Positions 50,150 to 64,000 of a DNA stretch of 64,000 nucleotides are shown in pieces. The notes under the pieces are model-generated. The model was not told the DNA's origin. It ran no database searches and saw only the letters and a program-made list of their open reading frames with translations. Source of the DNA: Octopus sinensis (lineage: Eukaryota). Every line of letters begins with the position of its first letter. Within the stretch, counting starts at the first letter, position 1. Where the stretch lies: positions 82,212,001 to 82,276,000 of the forward strand of contig NC_043004.1 of the NCBI RefSeq assembly GCF_006345805.1, written 5' to 3'. Made by a program: the position numbers and the translations under genes.

Positions 50150-50450
50150 GGTTGATGTTATATTTGTTTACGTTGATATATATCCTCTGGAAAGTATTTC
50201 CTTTTATTTCTGATGATTTCGCTTTCTATCTGCCTCTCTTTGTATATGAGCGAAACCAATATGAATTAGATATCTACTGATGGAATATGATGTCACAATA
50301 ATCTGGAATAGAGAAAATACGATTAATGAAGATTAAAAAATCCTCACTAAATAAATAATCATAACAATTTTAACTGTTTCTTTTTATATATATATACATT
50401 TAGTCTTAAATTCTGATGAATAAATCTATCTCAGTATACATCTACTTATG

Positions 50451-50701
50451 GTGAAGGTGCATGGCCCTGTAGTTAGGATGTTGCACTCACGATCACTAGG
50501 ACGTGTGTTCAATTCCTGCACTGGGCGGCATGTTGTATTCTTGAGCAAAACACTTCAATTCACTTTTCTCCAGCCCACTCAGCTCTATATATGTGTGCCT
50601 GAAATGGCATAGCTTTCCGATCAGGGGAACTACACGTCTAACCAGAGGGATGGTATCATTCAAAAGCTGAAAACGAGATGCAAAGCGCATTGTGACCATG
50701 G
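50451..50701 (+). mobile_element. SINE with a family D-type head and a different tail, degenerate
   Basis: gtgaaggtgcatggccctgtagttagg head; ttgagcaaaacactt motif. Confidence 0.65.
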
Positions 50702-50705
50702 ATAT

Positions 50706-50773
<68 letters not shown>

Positions 50774-50779
50774 ATATAT

Positions 50780-50960
50780 AGTCAATTCTAATAAGCGAGA
50801 AATAAAATGAGCAATAACATAAACAAGAGGACATGCACAAGAAATATATTAGTTTGACGCTCACTAATACGAGAAAGTGTTTGAGGTTTCGAGCATAGCT
50901 CTTCGTCGGAAAGGAGAAATGGTAAAACCCAAAGACGGAAATGAAATCGCCAACAACAAG
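50780..50960 (-). mobile_element. Solo PLE-like terminus, family 1
   Basis: Minus strand reads CCGACGA-A-GAGC-TAT-GCTC-GAAACCTC. Confidence 0.65.
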
Positions 50961-50962
50961 TG

Positions 50963-51034
<72 letters not shown>

Positions 51035-51360
51035 ACCCCTTTCTTTTATTTCTTTTTCCTTTTTTCCTCTCTTTCTTTGCTTGTAAATTCATCATACACG
51101 CATACACATACACACACATATAGATGTCAAAATGAAAAGCATCTCGAATAACCACTACCAAATCACCCTCAATCCAAAGCCTAAGAAAGCAAATTCAACA
51201 CCAGATTTTTTTCCAGTTAACTCCTACATATATAAAAGGTGTGAATTTCTATAATTTTCTATAAGAAATCATTCAGGATGAATCCCTGAAAGAGGAAAAA
51301 GCACTAAGTGGACAGCTTTTATCTAAATCCTAGCTACTTTCTTTTCTTAACACACACACA

Positions 51361-51398
<38 letters not shown>

Positions 51399-52189
51399 AC
51401 ACACACATATATATATATATATATAGGGGAAGAATTCACAAAAAAACAAAAGACGAAGACAGGTGGTGTAAACAACAAACAGATGTATTAGTTTAACTCT
51501 CGAGCCTACGCTCTTCTTCAGAGAATGGAACCAAATTTGTTTGTACTATGCACATAGATATGAATGCATAAGGCCAAACTGTTAACAGACATTTTTTATG
51601 AGAAAACATATCTTCCAACATGTCAGCCCTAATGTCATAAAGCGTCTTAATAGTGGCCAACATATATATATATTCTTAATTCCTGAAACTTTCAACTTTT
51701 AACTCCTTTGCAAAAGTAAAATATTATAAAATACATGAAAGTGGTTTAATATCAATCCAAAGTAATGTCTTCAAAATTGAGCGTCTATTTTGATTAAATA
51801 AAATATGAGATTAATACATTTTTCATGTGGTTATGTACTAATGGTGAATGAAAATGGTATTTATCAGGAATATTTACTAGCAATTTAAGAATATAAAAAA
51901 TGTCTCGCATTTTTATGACTTTTTTCAATATATTAGGAATTTTTATGTAATTTGACACCCCTAATTAATATGCTAATTTATGCGCATTTTGATCAAGAAT
52001 TTATAATTTTATTTGACATCAAATGAAAATTTCTATACTCAACTACAACAAAGAACAAAAAAGTATTTTCATCAATTTTTTCCAATTTGCCCCTGTTATG
52101 CATTTGGGTACCCTGATTGTGCTATTGACTACATAATGTTCCTGTGGCCTTCCACTTTCAAGATGGTAGAGTGTGGCAAGAGCGCGTGA

Positions 52190-52199
52190 GCGAGCGAGC

Positions 52200-52273
<74 letters not shown>

Positions 52274-52355
52274 AAGAGTGAGAGAGAGCAAGAACTAGAG
52301 AAAGAAAGAAAGAAAGCGAGTGAGAGAGAAAGAAAGAAGGAAAGGAAGAAAGAGA
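52190..52355. repeat. (GAGC)/(GA)n/(GAAA)n purine tract
   Basis: Direct inspection. Confidence 0.95.
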
Positions 52356-54279
52356 GACACGTGACAAAGTTATATTCGAGAATGAGTTTGGCTACTTTCT
52401 GGAAAACAACCAAACAACTAAGAATTTTACAGTTCGTAATTAGTGCTACAGTGAACCGCTAATTAAATTTTCTATTTAATTAGGTACAAGGTACCCGATA
52501 TAGCTTCAGTGATTTGGGATATTGTCTGGTACAATATTTCTATCTTACTGAAGGGTTTAGTAGCTTCAGTGGTTTTAAAATAACATGTCTTCATCATCTG
52601 CTCAAATCGAAGTCTCACTTTAGTTTCAATGGAGCTTTACGACGACCGTCAGTATTATAAATTCTACTGGACATCATTTACGTCTAGAAATAGCTGTAAT
52701 TATAAATAAAATGTAAAATCTCAAAAGACCTACGAGATTAATCGATCGATCGTTTTATTGATCTTCGCTTTTGCTGACGCAATTTACAACATATTTTATT
52801 TTTTGCTTCAGTAAAATAGTTTTTGTTATCTTCCGTCGATTTCGCAACAATGACATACGGTGGTGTTGGGTGATATTAAAAAGGTATGAATTATATTAGC
52901 TCTTAATTTTTACCAATGTAAACCGAAATAAGTTCAAAATCGATTCTATATTTATGAAGCGAGTCTTATGGCGTTGGCTTTGATTCAATGACCTGTATTA
53001 GACGTATTGTAAAAGCAAGAAATTGAGAATTAACTAGAGTCAAATTAAATGTTTTCGTCAGCAAAACAGATTAAAAGAAGATGCCGTGACCCGAGCGAAT
53101 AAGGCCATTCAATAAATCTTCCGCCTTTCAAGATATTTCAATTTGTTTATCGTTAATGGGTTGAGGAATCGCTGACGTAAGAAACAAATACCATTTATCA
53201 GCCCCAATGATTTGGCAGGAGAAAGGCGGATAATAGAAGTGTGCGATGAGAAAGGCGGAAAGAAGTTAAAATAGAGAGAAAGAAAGAGATATCAAACGAG
53301 AGAACGAGAGAGAGAGAAGTATAGATGCAAAAATACAAAATCATATACATCTACATATCTCTATATATATGTATATACGCATATGCACACATATAATACA
53401 TATATATACACACATACACACATACACATACATACATGCACACACACACACGCACACACACACCACATATATATATATATAAATATATAAACTTTTGCTT
53501 ATGTGAATATATATATATAAATATATATATACATACATACATACATACATATACATTACACACACATACATATATACAGATCGACAGATTGATAGATAGA
53601 TAAATAGATAGATAAAGTAGATAGACAAATAAATAGATCGTTAGATAGATAGATATATGAATGTATATTGGTATATTTGCATATGAATACATATATGTAT
53701 ATTTTTATAGCCGAGGGAGTACGTGTATGCACAAACGTGTGTTTCTGTACGTGAAACGGAAAGCGAATTGGCATCAAAGACCATAATTGAATTGAAGCTG
53801 ACAAGTGGATTGGCGTTATGCAGAAATGAATTCCAGATTGAATTCCCTACACGAGAATAGATCGATCACGGAATCATAGAATGGAATGATAAATATGTAT
53901 TTCTTGGAAAAACAATAGGAGGATAGACACTTTATCTTCGTCTTTTAGAAATGATACCCAACGATATATTAGGTGGTCTTTTGTTAGCTTGGCATGATTC
54001 AGGAATGTTTGGAAGTTGTCTTTTCAATGAGCGTAATTAGCGTGTAAGTATGAATGCATTGTAAATATGTGTGTACGTCATTTTTCAGTTTTATTTCAAG
54101 ATTTCTTGCCAATAGAGAAAGAGTTGGTTTCTAATTTGGATTCAAGGCGCCTTCATTGGAATTTAAACATTAGCAACAGGGTATTTTGTATGTATGTATT
54201 TATGTATGTATTCATGTACGTATGTATATGTGCAGATTTGTATGTTTTGCTTTATGTATGCGTTCTCATGCATACAGAT

Positions 54280-54505
54280 ACATATCTAGACATGCTCATA
54301 TATATTTGAATGACAAACTTCTCTAAAGTTTTACAGATTTTTACAGCTTTCTCCTTTCTAGTCTTGAGAAGCCTAATTTCTCAAGATTGGTATTCCAGAC
54401 CCCCCAATAATTACACGTATAAACCTGAACTTGTAATCTGGATAGAGTAACTGCAGATTTCTCAATAGTTCGCATAGGTGTTCTCTGGTTTTAAGCAATC
54501 TTGAG
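54280..54505 (-). mobile_element. 3' fragment of the (ATGT)n-tailed R4-like family
   Basis: Homologous to 2414-2690, with internal deletions. Confidence 0.85.
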
Positions 54506-55182
54506 GCTCTGAGCATATGGCCCCTTCAAGTTATAAATCAGGACAGTGGAACACGAGAAATCACGAGAAAAATCAAGAGGTATGTGCATGCGAAAAGGGA
54601 AAGGGTTACAAAAAAACAGGAAAAGAGAGAAAAGAAAGAGAATTATTTTTGTCTCCTTTGACCGTAAAATCATAAAAATAATTGGTTTCGAATCAACGGA
54701 AGGGGTCTACATTCAGTGATACAGATGTTCGGTCTGGAGAAGGTGGTGTTCTCCAATTCGTCAAAAGAATCATGTCTTTATGTTTGGACATGACCAAACG
54801 AATTAACCAAGCAGCACCAACGCATAAACAGCGAAACACAAATTTATAAATACGTCAATAGATTATATAATATTACTTTCGCAATGTTTATGTAACAGTA
54901 AGAACAATAATACATGCTAAGATATTGAATACTGAATGCATGAAAACAATCAATGTGCGATGACTAAGTGCAAGAGAATAGAGTTCTCTTATTAAAATTT
55001 ACTAACTGCAATCCTGAGAAAACTGTCTTTGTATTAATGCACGACTGAAATAATAAAGGACACTGGATATTATTACAAGTCCATCTGTTGCTTTCCAAAA
55101 ATCTTTTAATATAAGAGATTCGATACCAATAACATAAATTACACACCCACATATATATATATATATATATATACATATATAT

Positions 55183-55257
<75 letters not shown>

Positions 55258-55274
55258 GTATATATATATATATA

Positions 55275-55480
55275 TAGTTAATCAAAATTAACGGAGAGAA
55301 AGACAAGAAAAACAACAACGCGAGGACGTTGTACAGCAAAGTTTTAATAAGACGCTCAAGGAAGGAAAGAAAGGGTGTTTTACGTTTCGAGCAAAACTCT
55401 TTTTCAGAAAGAGGAGATAGAAGGAAGTTCAGAAGAAAACGAAACGGAGGTAAAAGACAGGTTTCAAATTTTGTCACACA
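55275..55480 (-). mobile_element. Solo PLE-like terminus, family 1, hammerhead with G8 changed to A
   Basis: Minus strand 55410-55378 reads TTT-CTGAAAA-A-GAGT-TTT-GCTC-GAAACGTA-AAA. Confidence 0.7.
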
Positions 55481-56031
55481 ACATGTCATCTTCGAGGAGC
55501 TGTCGATTACATCAACTCCCAAATGAAGAAAAGCAAAGTCGAACTCAACGGAAAATGTACTCAGAATGTTTAGACGGACGAAATGCTGTAAATTATTTTG
55601 CCGAGCGCGTTAACGATTCTGCCAAGTCACTCATAAATTATACACATCGCTTTCGAATTTTAGCACAAGGCCAGTAATTTGGAGGGAGGGGGGTAACAGA
55701 AGAATTTGAAATAAAAAAAGAAAGGATGTTACACAGAAAAATGAAAACATAACAATGGTGTTGCCATTGCGTGCAAACCAGCTGGGAAAAGTTTTTATCA
55801 AAATCGATTCACAAAAAACCGAGACACCCTAAATTTCACTCCTAATCTTTTAGCAGGATTCTGGGTGTGTACACACACACACACACACACCACACACACA
55901 CACACACACACCACACACACATACGCACACAAACACACATACAAATACACACACACATACATACATACATACATACATACATACATACATACAAATACAC
56001 ACATACATACATGCATACATACATACATACA

Positions 56032-56065
<34 letters not shown>

Positions 56066-56115
56066 AACCATTGGCGATTTTTCCCTCCATCATCCTTTTC
56101 TATTGGACTTCCTCT

Positions 56116-56150
56116 GTTTCTGAAGAAGAGCTTTGCTCGAAACGTTAAAC
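56116..56150 (+). ncRNA. Minimal type I hammerhead ribozyme motif with complete core, in a family 1 PLE-like terminus (56085-56260)
   Basis: GTTT-CTGAAGA-A-GAGC-TTT-GCTC-GAAA-CG-T-T-AAAC: 4-bp stem I, 4-bp stem II, palindromic ACGT stem III. Confidence 0.75.
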
Positions 56151-56462
56151 CATCTTTCTTTCCTTCCCTGAGCGTCTGCTAATACTTTACATGTACTAAG
56201 ACCTCGCGTTGCATTTTTTGTGTTCGGTCTTCGTGTTTTGGGATTTATACATGTATTATTATGGTAGTTTTGACTTTAAGAGTCCTTCCTAGAGCGAGGC
56301 ATTTATGTATAGTAATGACCTTAATATAATTAAATATATTTAAAGGGAATAATTAATAAATTTTTTCCTTATGAGGTTTTTTCACTTGATAATTTTTTTT
56401 AAAGATTTATCCTATTTTAAAATTGTATATATATAATATATATTTGTATATATATATGTATG

Positions 56463-56569
<107 letters not shown>

Positions 56570-57554
56570 TTACCACATACAAAACCTCATTGCTCACACA
56601 CACATACACGAACAGTTATATGTATATATAAATATAAGCATACACACAGATATTTAACGGACTTTACATAATTTGTGTCAATGAAATTCACTCCAAAATT
56701 ATTGGTCGAACCGGGGGCTATACTGGACGCCACTTGCCTAGGATTCGGCACAGTGAGACGGAAGTAGAAACAACGGGCTTGCAAAGCCATTTTCGTAGCC
56801 ACACAACCTTTAAAATCCCCGAGGACACTTTTCAGGCATTTGATACAAGGTGAAAATTCTATTTCTCTCAGAATGGTTCGATTATTCTTTACACATTTTC
56901 TCACTATCCTTTGTCGATCAGCCTCTAGATTGTTATCTATGACAGCTTATACAACTTTTATATCAGTCTATTGGAACGATCTCAAGGTGTTTCATAGAGA
57001 ACAAAACGTATATTGTAATATCGTCAGATATATTGCATCTTCTTTCTTCTAACCCCAAACAAATAGATTATGGTACAGGGCATTCAATCAAGTTAGGAAA
57101 CAGTCGTTAGCTGTCATTGCATTATCACCAAATTACTTTTTTTTCTTATTTTTACAGTTTCTTGAATTTCAATTTACAAATCCGAACATGTTTATCATTA
57201 ATGTGATACGAAATATTGAACAAAACTGCTCCTCTGTTTTCATCCTGGTGTATAAATTCTGAGCTTAATTCCTACACGGTCCATCGATTGAATTATATAC
57301 ATTATATAGAACTGATGTGTTTTTATTCTTCTTTTGCTGGACTACGGCTATGTTGAAGCATCGATGTGAAGAATTTAGGTAAATTGATCTCCTTATATCC
57401 TTGTACTTATTTTATAAAGTCTAGTACATGTTTTTATCGTTCTCTCATCCTGAACCACTAGGTTACAGAACGTAAATAAACCAGTACCAGTTGTTCAGCG
57501 GTGAGAAAAAGGAAACAAAATTCCCCCATATATATATGAATATATTCTCTATTT

Positions 57555-57775
57555 CACTCTTTTATTCTTTTACTTGTTTCAGTCATTTGACTGCGGCCAT
57601 GCTAGAGCACCGCCTTTAGTCAAGCAAATCGACCCCAAGACTTATTCTCTGGAAGCCTAGTACTTATTCTATCGGTCTTTTTTTTACCGAACCGCTATGT
57701 TACAGGGACATAAACACACCAGCATCAGTTGTCAAACGATGTTGGGGGACAAACACAGATACACATACACATACA
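57555..57775 (-). mobile_element. SINE family B, 3' half
   Basis: Homologous to 23690-23901. Confidence 0.88.
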
Positions 57776-57787
57776 TATATACCCCCC

Positions 57788-57863
<76 letters not shown>

Positions 57864-58258
57864 ATGTGTGTATATGTAGTACATATAAGTACGTCCGTAC
57901 GTATATATGTATATGTATATATAACGAAACAAGAAAATGGAATAAAAAGGCTTCAATCTCTAAATACAATTGTTTGTGTGCATTGGTAACAGTTTTTAGT
58001 TGTTGATTTTTCCATATCATACCAACTGTTGTGATTAGTAATAAAAGCGAGTTCAATCCATCTTCTTGTATTATAATTTTGTGTGTGTGTGTGTATGTGT
58101 GTGTGTGCGTGCGGGTTTTGCATAAACTAACGGATCTCTACATGTTATTGAGTAAATGTGTATTCTTGTATTAAGTCATATGATAGCCGATAACTGTATA
58201 AGAGCTTTGAAATTCAAATTATGTGGCTATTATCGAGATGATGTATGTATATATATAT

Positions 58259-58343
<85 letters not shown>

Positions 58344-59013
58344 ACGAAGAAATAAATAGGACTATTATCCCCTTATACAACCACAACTAATTAGCGCTCT
58401 AATAGAAAATCAAGAATATAAAGCCAGGAATATCAATAGCTTCATAATCTATTCAAACATGTAAACTTAGGTGTTATTATACTATATATATCATTTGCCT
58501 GAACAGTATGTTCTTTCAATATAGCATTCTAATCTTAAAAATTCTTTAAAATTTCTTATGTTGTTTAAAACTTTAAGATTTAAATAAAGTTTTTATAAAT
58601 CATCTTATATTACCTGTGATGAGAGAAATGTAAATGATTGTTATGGTTGGAATTAACTCGCCCATACCAACCTATATTTTCTCGAAACGGCCGTTAGACT
58701 TTGTACCTGCTGACGATTCTTCCTAAACTAATTTTATTCCACCATTTCATCTATTTTGATTGCCGCTTTACATTCCCCATGTGCATCTTTTAATACCCTC
58801 GTTGATTCTGATACGGACATACAACCTCGCAAGTACATTTATGTATTTATATGTTTTTATATTATATCTTACGTATATGATGAATGCACCTATGTATGCT
58901 GTGGAGTATTCCGATGGTTTCAAATATATTGTTTGATTAAGAAAACTGACTTTGAAATGTGTTCTCTCTTTCTGGGCTTCATATATATATATATACATAT
59001 ACATATATATATA

Positions 59014-59085
<72 letters not shown>

Positions 59086-59099
59086 ATTATATATATATG

Positions 59100-59152
<53 letters not shown>

Positions 59153-59282
59153 TGTATATATTATGTATATATATGTATGTACATATATATACATACGGTG
59201 AGTTTCCAAAGATACACGCGTGCACTTACACACACACATATATATATACATATAAAACATATATATATATAATAAATATAAT

Positions 59283-59315
<33 letters not shown>

Positions 59316-59482
59316 TATATTTTATATATATGATTGATTTGATTTTGATTTTTCCAGTTTCAGCTAGTGAGCTGTGGCCATGCTGGGGCACCGCCATTTG
59401 GTTTGCTACACGATTTTACCTCACGGATGCTTTTTAGCAAACGCCATCTGATGCATGAGAGAGTTCGATGCAGCATGCTCAC

Positions 59483-59540
<58 letters not shown>

Positions 59541-61084
59541 TATATATATATTATAGACAGACGTCTTTCAGTTTCCGTCTATCAAATTGATTCATAATGT
59601 GTTGGGTGACCCAGAGTTATAAAAGAAGACACTAATACAAGATTCAGCACATTGGGACGGAGCCCTATTGCACGTGTTTGAGAATCGAACTTCCTAGCCA
59701 CACAGCCGTATAGAAACAATACATTACACAGAAGTAACAATTACCATAGTTATTTGGATTTTATATTGCTATCAAAAATATATTATTAATTAACACTTTA
59801 GAAAAACCCAGAAGATTTGCGGACAAATTTCATTTCTGCAATTGTTGTACAAGAAATAAATTTTACAATAAGATATTTGGCATCGGAATCAACATAATTT
59901 AAAAATGTTTTGGAGATTCACATTGCATGAGGTAACGAGTAAAACGTTAAAAAAGTAACGTTAAGTTTAAACTTTCTTGGTGTTTTAGAATATACGATGT
60001 AACCAGCAAAGTAACGTTACAGAAATATGTAGAATCTACATAAATTTAGTTAAGATATAAAACTGAATACCTCTAAAAGAACGCTATCGTGGAAAATATA
60101 CCACAGCAAGATAAAATGAATACCTTTTAACTGTGAAAATGCATACATATTTTTGAGAGGTAGATATTTTGAATTTAATGGAGAGCAAACTTAACGCGAC
60201 GTTACTAAAGTGATAGCATTCAGGTTTGTAAACAAAAATATTTCTGGGCTTTCAAAGTATTTCTAAGCCATCAGCAAATTTTAAGTTGATGTCTACCTTT
60301 CAACAAAGGCCAGCAATTTGGCCATATTAGTGTCTCACTTCAGAATTTAAATGTTCCAGAAGCGTAAGAATTTTCCAGACGTTAGTATAAAATTCAATTC
60401 TATATCTTCCATCCATTTCAACGAAATTCTTTGAAAGATTTTCTATGCAGATGTCTTCGCTTGCAAACCAGAAATCAATGGCAGGAGCTGCCATATTGTG
60501 TAACATCTATATTTTGTAACAATAATGAATACTCAACACAAAAGTGCGAAGTACGTTACCAATATTCTATACGAGAAGTTTGGAAATATCTTTAAATCCT
60601 TCCAAATATTTACCACTTCATGATATATTTTTATTCTGGAAACATGTCTCAAAAGTTAAAATGCCTAATTTTATGTAAAGTATTTAAAAAAAGTTTGCTT
60701 CTAAACCACATGGTTCTGGGTCCAGTTCCACTTCGTGGCACCTTGGGCGAGTGTCTTCTAGTATAGCCTCGGGACGTCCAAAGCCTCGTGAGCGGATTTG
60801 GTTCACGAAAATTGAAAGCCTGTTGTGCATATAATAAATATATATATATATATATATACTCCATATACTGCATTAATATTCCTCGTACATTCCGTTGCCT
60901 TGTTGCCTTTATTGCACTCATAAAGCAAAATATGCTGAAAATGCTTCTTTGTCACTTCTTTTGTAGCTTTGTAGTTAAAATCGAACTGTACACTTCAAAA
61001 CTGGCATTAACTCGGTCTAACTCCGACTTTTAGTTCATGCAACTGAAAAACGCATTGTTTATGGGTGACCAAATATATATATGC

Positions 61085-61116
<32 letters not shown>

Positions 61117-61646
61117 TATATATATACGACAGACTATGCTGACGATCGTGCAGATATTTGCATTTTCATATACGTAAATATTAACAAGTGAAACCAATGG
61201 CACATAGGTAATCGTTTTTTATTTCATATATTTTCATTTGCCTTGCTTATTTTTACACTTTGTTTTTTTGCTGATATTTTTCTTGAGAACACATTCGTGG
61301 TAATGGCGATTTGACGTCTATGTTGAGCAAATAGGCTGTAGTTTCTTGCCGTAAAGACACGTGTATAACTAAGTCGTTCTATAGCCCACTTTGTGTCTCC
61401 AAGAGATCTTTGGGATCTGAGCACCCGTTCTATTTGAAACTCAGAACGCTGTTGCATGAGAATTCACGAGAGAAAAAAAGAGAAGGCAAGTTATAAAATC
61501 TTGCCTTGACATGTTTCTTCATTGCAAGGAAGTATTAAAAGTTCGATACTTTATATTGTGTACTGAGTACCTTAAATGATATTTGTCTCTCACTAGATGA
61601 AATACCTTTTTAGCTGACTTTAATGTAATGGAACAGTAAGCTAGAT

Positions 61647-61960
61647 ATATTCGTAGCCACTTTAACATGGCTGTCCGTTCGAGCGGACACCACTGCAATG
61701 TTTTTTAACGCCATCTCCTCTAGCTGGTTAACGATGCACAGCTACATCCGATAAAACTGCGAGCAGATGAGTGAACCCCTACCATCTCCTGTCGACGGGA
61801 CCAGTAAACCATTCAGGGTTTCGGTTTATTTCTGCCACTCCTCAGTACTGGACAACTCGTCTGCTAGAGATGATAGCAGCCCGCTTCTGCAGGCAATATA
61901 TATATTTCAAGCAAACAGACAGTCGATGATTTTGCCACAAGCAAAAATGCTACATCTAAA
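61647..61960 (-). mobile_element. ~315-bp ORF-less dispersed repeat, copy 2, carrying a type I hammerhead (retrozyme-like or solo pseudo-LTR)
   Basis: Co-linear with 45254-45572 and shares both ends. Confidence 0.75.
61794..61861 (-). ncRNA. Type I hammerhead ribozyme with complete catalytic core
   Basis: GACG-AGUUGU-CCAGUA-CUGAGGA-GUGGCAGAAAUAAACC-GAAA-CC-CUGAAU-GG-U-U-UACUGG-UCC-CGUC; predicted cut between 61807 and 61806. Confidence 0.82.
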
Positions 61961-63639
61961 TTATATATATATACATAGACAGGGTTAGCCAAGTCACCCG
62001 AGAGTAAATCAAAATTCCATAAAAACTATCTGTAATTCTGTATTGACTCGAATGGAAAGATGTGTCGTTCACGAAGGACTCCAGTTTGAACAATTTTCAT
62101 GATGTCTCATATTCAGATGCTTTTATTAAATTCATTCAGTTATTAAACATAAATAAATCTTGGAATTAAATGATTTTGATTTGCTATCAGGGGCCTTTTG
62201 GCCAACCCTGTATGTGTTTCTCTCTCTCTCTCTATGTATATATATATATTGTTGAAATTTACAGAAAAACAAAAGGCGAAGACAGGTGTATAAACTACAA
62301 GCGGGTGTATTAGTTTGACGCTCGGTAAAGTGAGAATCTTTCGAGCCTACGCTCTTCAGCAGAAAGGAACACGAGGAAATAAACGAAGAGAGAATAAAAT
62401 AACTTGTAGATTTAGCGATCAATCATGTAATATATATTCATATACACACAGTTTCTGCGAACCAATTTTATTAGAAAGGTATTGGTACTTGGGGCTATAG
62501 ATGGAAATTCTTACCTAAGGTTTCGCGCTGTAGGATTGAACTTAAAGTCACGTAGTTGTAAACGAACTTCTTCGCCACATATCGATTCTTGAGCTTATAA
62601 CAGCAACGAAATATATGTTTTAAAGTTACAGCCGTGATAGATCGTTACTTACAGATCGTTTAATATGGACAGGTTTTTTTATCTTCAAAAAATTGCTAAT
62701 GTCATGTTTCAGTAAGAAATTGAACACAATGGAATTGACGTTGATAACGCTATCCATGAAGTTTATGCATATGTATTGGAATTAATATGTCGAGATATCT
62801 ACGTATCAAGATAGATTAGATCATTAAAAGGTTAGAGTTATCTGGCGTGGTGATCAATCAAGCTATGTGTATGACAGAATCGATTCATTTGCTCTTTTTG
62901 GTAGGTGGGAGTATAGCGCGACAAAGACCATCATATTATTGTTTAGTAACAGGTATTATGTACGTAAGACCACTAAAGCATAAGAAGCAATTAAAATCTT
63001 TACTTAGATTTGTTAATTTCTATGAATATATATTGATTCCGGCCATCATTCAGAAAATATATCAACGCTATTTATACATGGATGCATTGTCTGGGTGACC
63101 ACAAGCAATAAAAGTTAAGAATAATAAACAAAAGCACGGTATTTGCCAGACATGGTATACAAAACCATTAGATTGTGAGTGAATTTTGTGACAATGATTT
63201 GCGTACTTGAATTGATGAGATTGAATATCAATAAACGTAGACACCTTCATGCAATATAAAATACAGTAGGGAAATGAAGCAATTGTCACAAGAGTTAAAA
63301 TGAGTTTTAAAGCAAATTATCATAGAAAAGACTTGCGTCCGTTTAGGTTATCAGACAATCCACTCATTCAGAAAGAATTGTTATGCTCTGTACTCTGATG
63401 GATAGACAAATGTGAATATTGGTCACTGCCCATGTTATTACATGATACTATAGCTTTGGTCTGGTGTAGTAACAGAAGAAAAGATGAACCGCAACAAAAT
63501 AGATCTATATCTCAAACAAGATGCAAAGCAAAGTCATCCAGGACGTAATTTGAATACAGAACGTATAGAAGGATGAAATGCTCCTAAGAATTCTGTTCCC
63601 CTTTATAAGGATTCTGCTAGCTCACTACCTAAATGATGG

Positions 63640-63676
<37 letters not shown>

Positions 63677-63680
<4 letters not shown>

Positions 63681-64000
63681 TCCGAATCTAGTGAAGGCTG
63701 TAAATACTTGGGCAGTATCATTACTCTGCAGCTTTTGTAGATTGGGCAAAAACTGAATTAGCAAAGCTAGACAAAAGAACTAGGAAGGAATTCAAAATGA
63801 ATGGAGGTCTTTACTTATGGGCAGGAGTAGCAAGGTTATACCTAACTAGAAAGGAAGGCGGAAGAGGGTTAATATCAGTAGAAGACTGCGTGGAGTTAGC
63901 TAGAGTAGATACAGACTCCTATGTAGGTAACACTGAATAAAGTTTACTAAAAGCTGCTACATTCACAGGAAGGCATAGGGAAACCAAAAACCCAAACGAA
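63677..64000 (+). mobile_element. Dong/R4-like fragment (post-RT thumb region), runs off the window
   Basis: NLVKAVNTWAV..DWAKTELAKLDKRTRK..RLYLTRKEGGRGLISVEDC; preceded by (GAT)n. Confidence 0.85.

Noticed and set aside
59700-60650. Possible DNA transposon remnant (AT-rich, gtaacgttac palindromes)
   Set aside because: No TIR pair or transposase motif could be identified.
61715-61770. Twister-like string TTAAC..TGC..GATAAAA..GCGAG on the plus strand
   Set aside because: The GG..CAAGCCC element and P2 pairing are missing; the opposite-strand hammerhead explains the repeat.

Overview
AT-rich, microsatellite-dense animal DNA, most consistent with an octopus/cephalopod genome (inferred from the SINE set and repeat landscape; no database search was run). 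The only host coding sequence I can support is the first coding exon of a class A peptide GPCR (50149-49904, minus strand), so 1-49903 is probably one very long intron. The rest is transposon-derived. It includes a full-length, decayed Tx1-clade LINE flanked on both sides by (TATC)n, and a head-to-tail array of R4/Dong elements inside (TAA)n tracts. It also includes an internally deleted CR1-like LINE whose ORF1 joins a Myb/SANT-like domain to CCCH zinc fingers, Penelope-like RT and GIY-YIG remnants, four tRNA-derived SINE families (one head/core carries three different 3' tails), mariner remnants, MITEs and a 465-bp palindrome. The most interesting signal is non-coding: about a dozen hammerhead-ribozyme motifs. 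Most are minimal Penelope-type motifs. One is a full type I hammerhead with an intact core (61794-61861, minus) inside a ~315-bp ORF-less repeat that recurs at 45254-45572, a retrozyme-like candidate. Nearly all short ORFs in the supplied track are microsatellite artefacts. Family letters A-D are my own labels.
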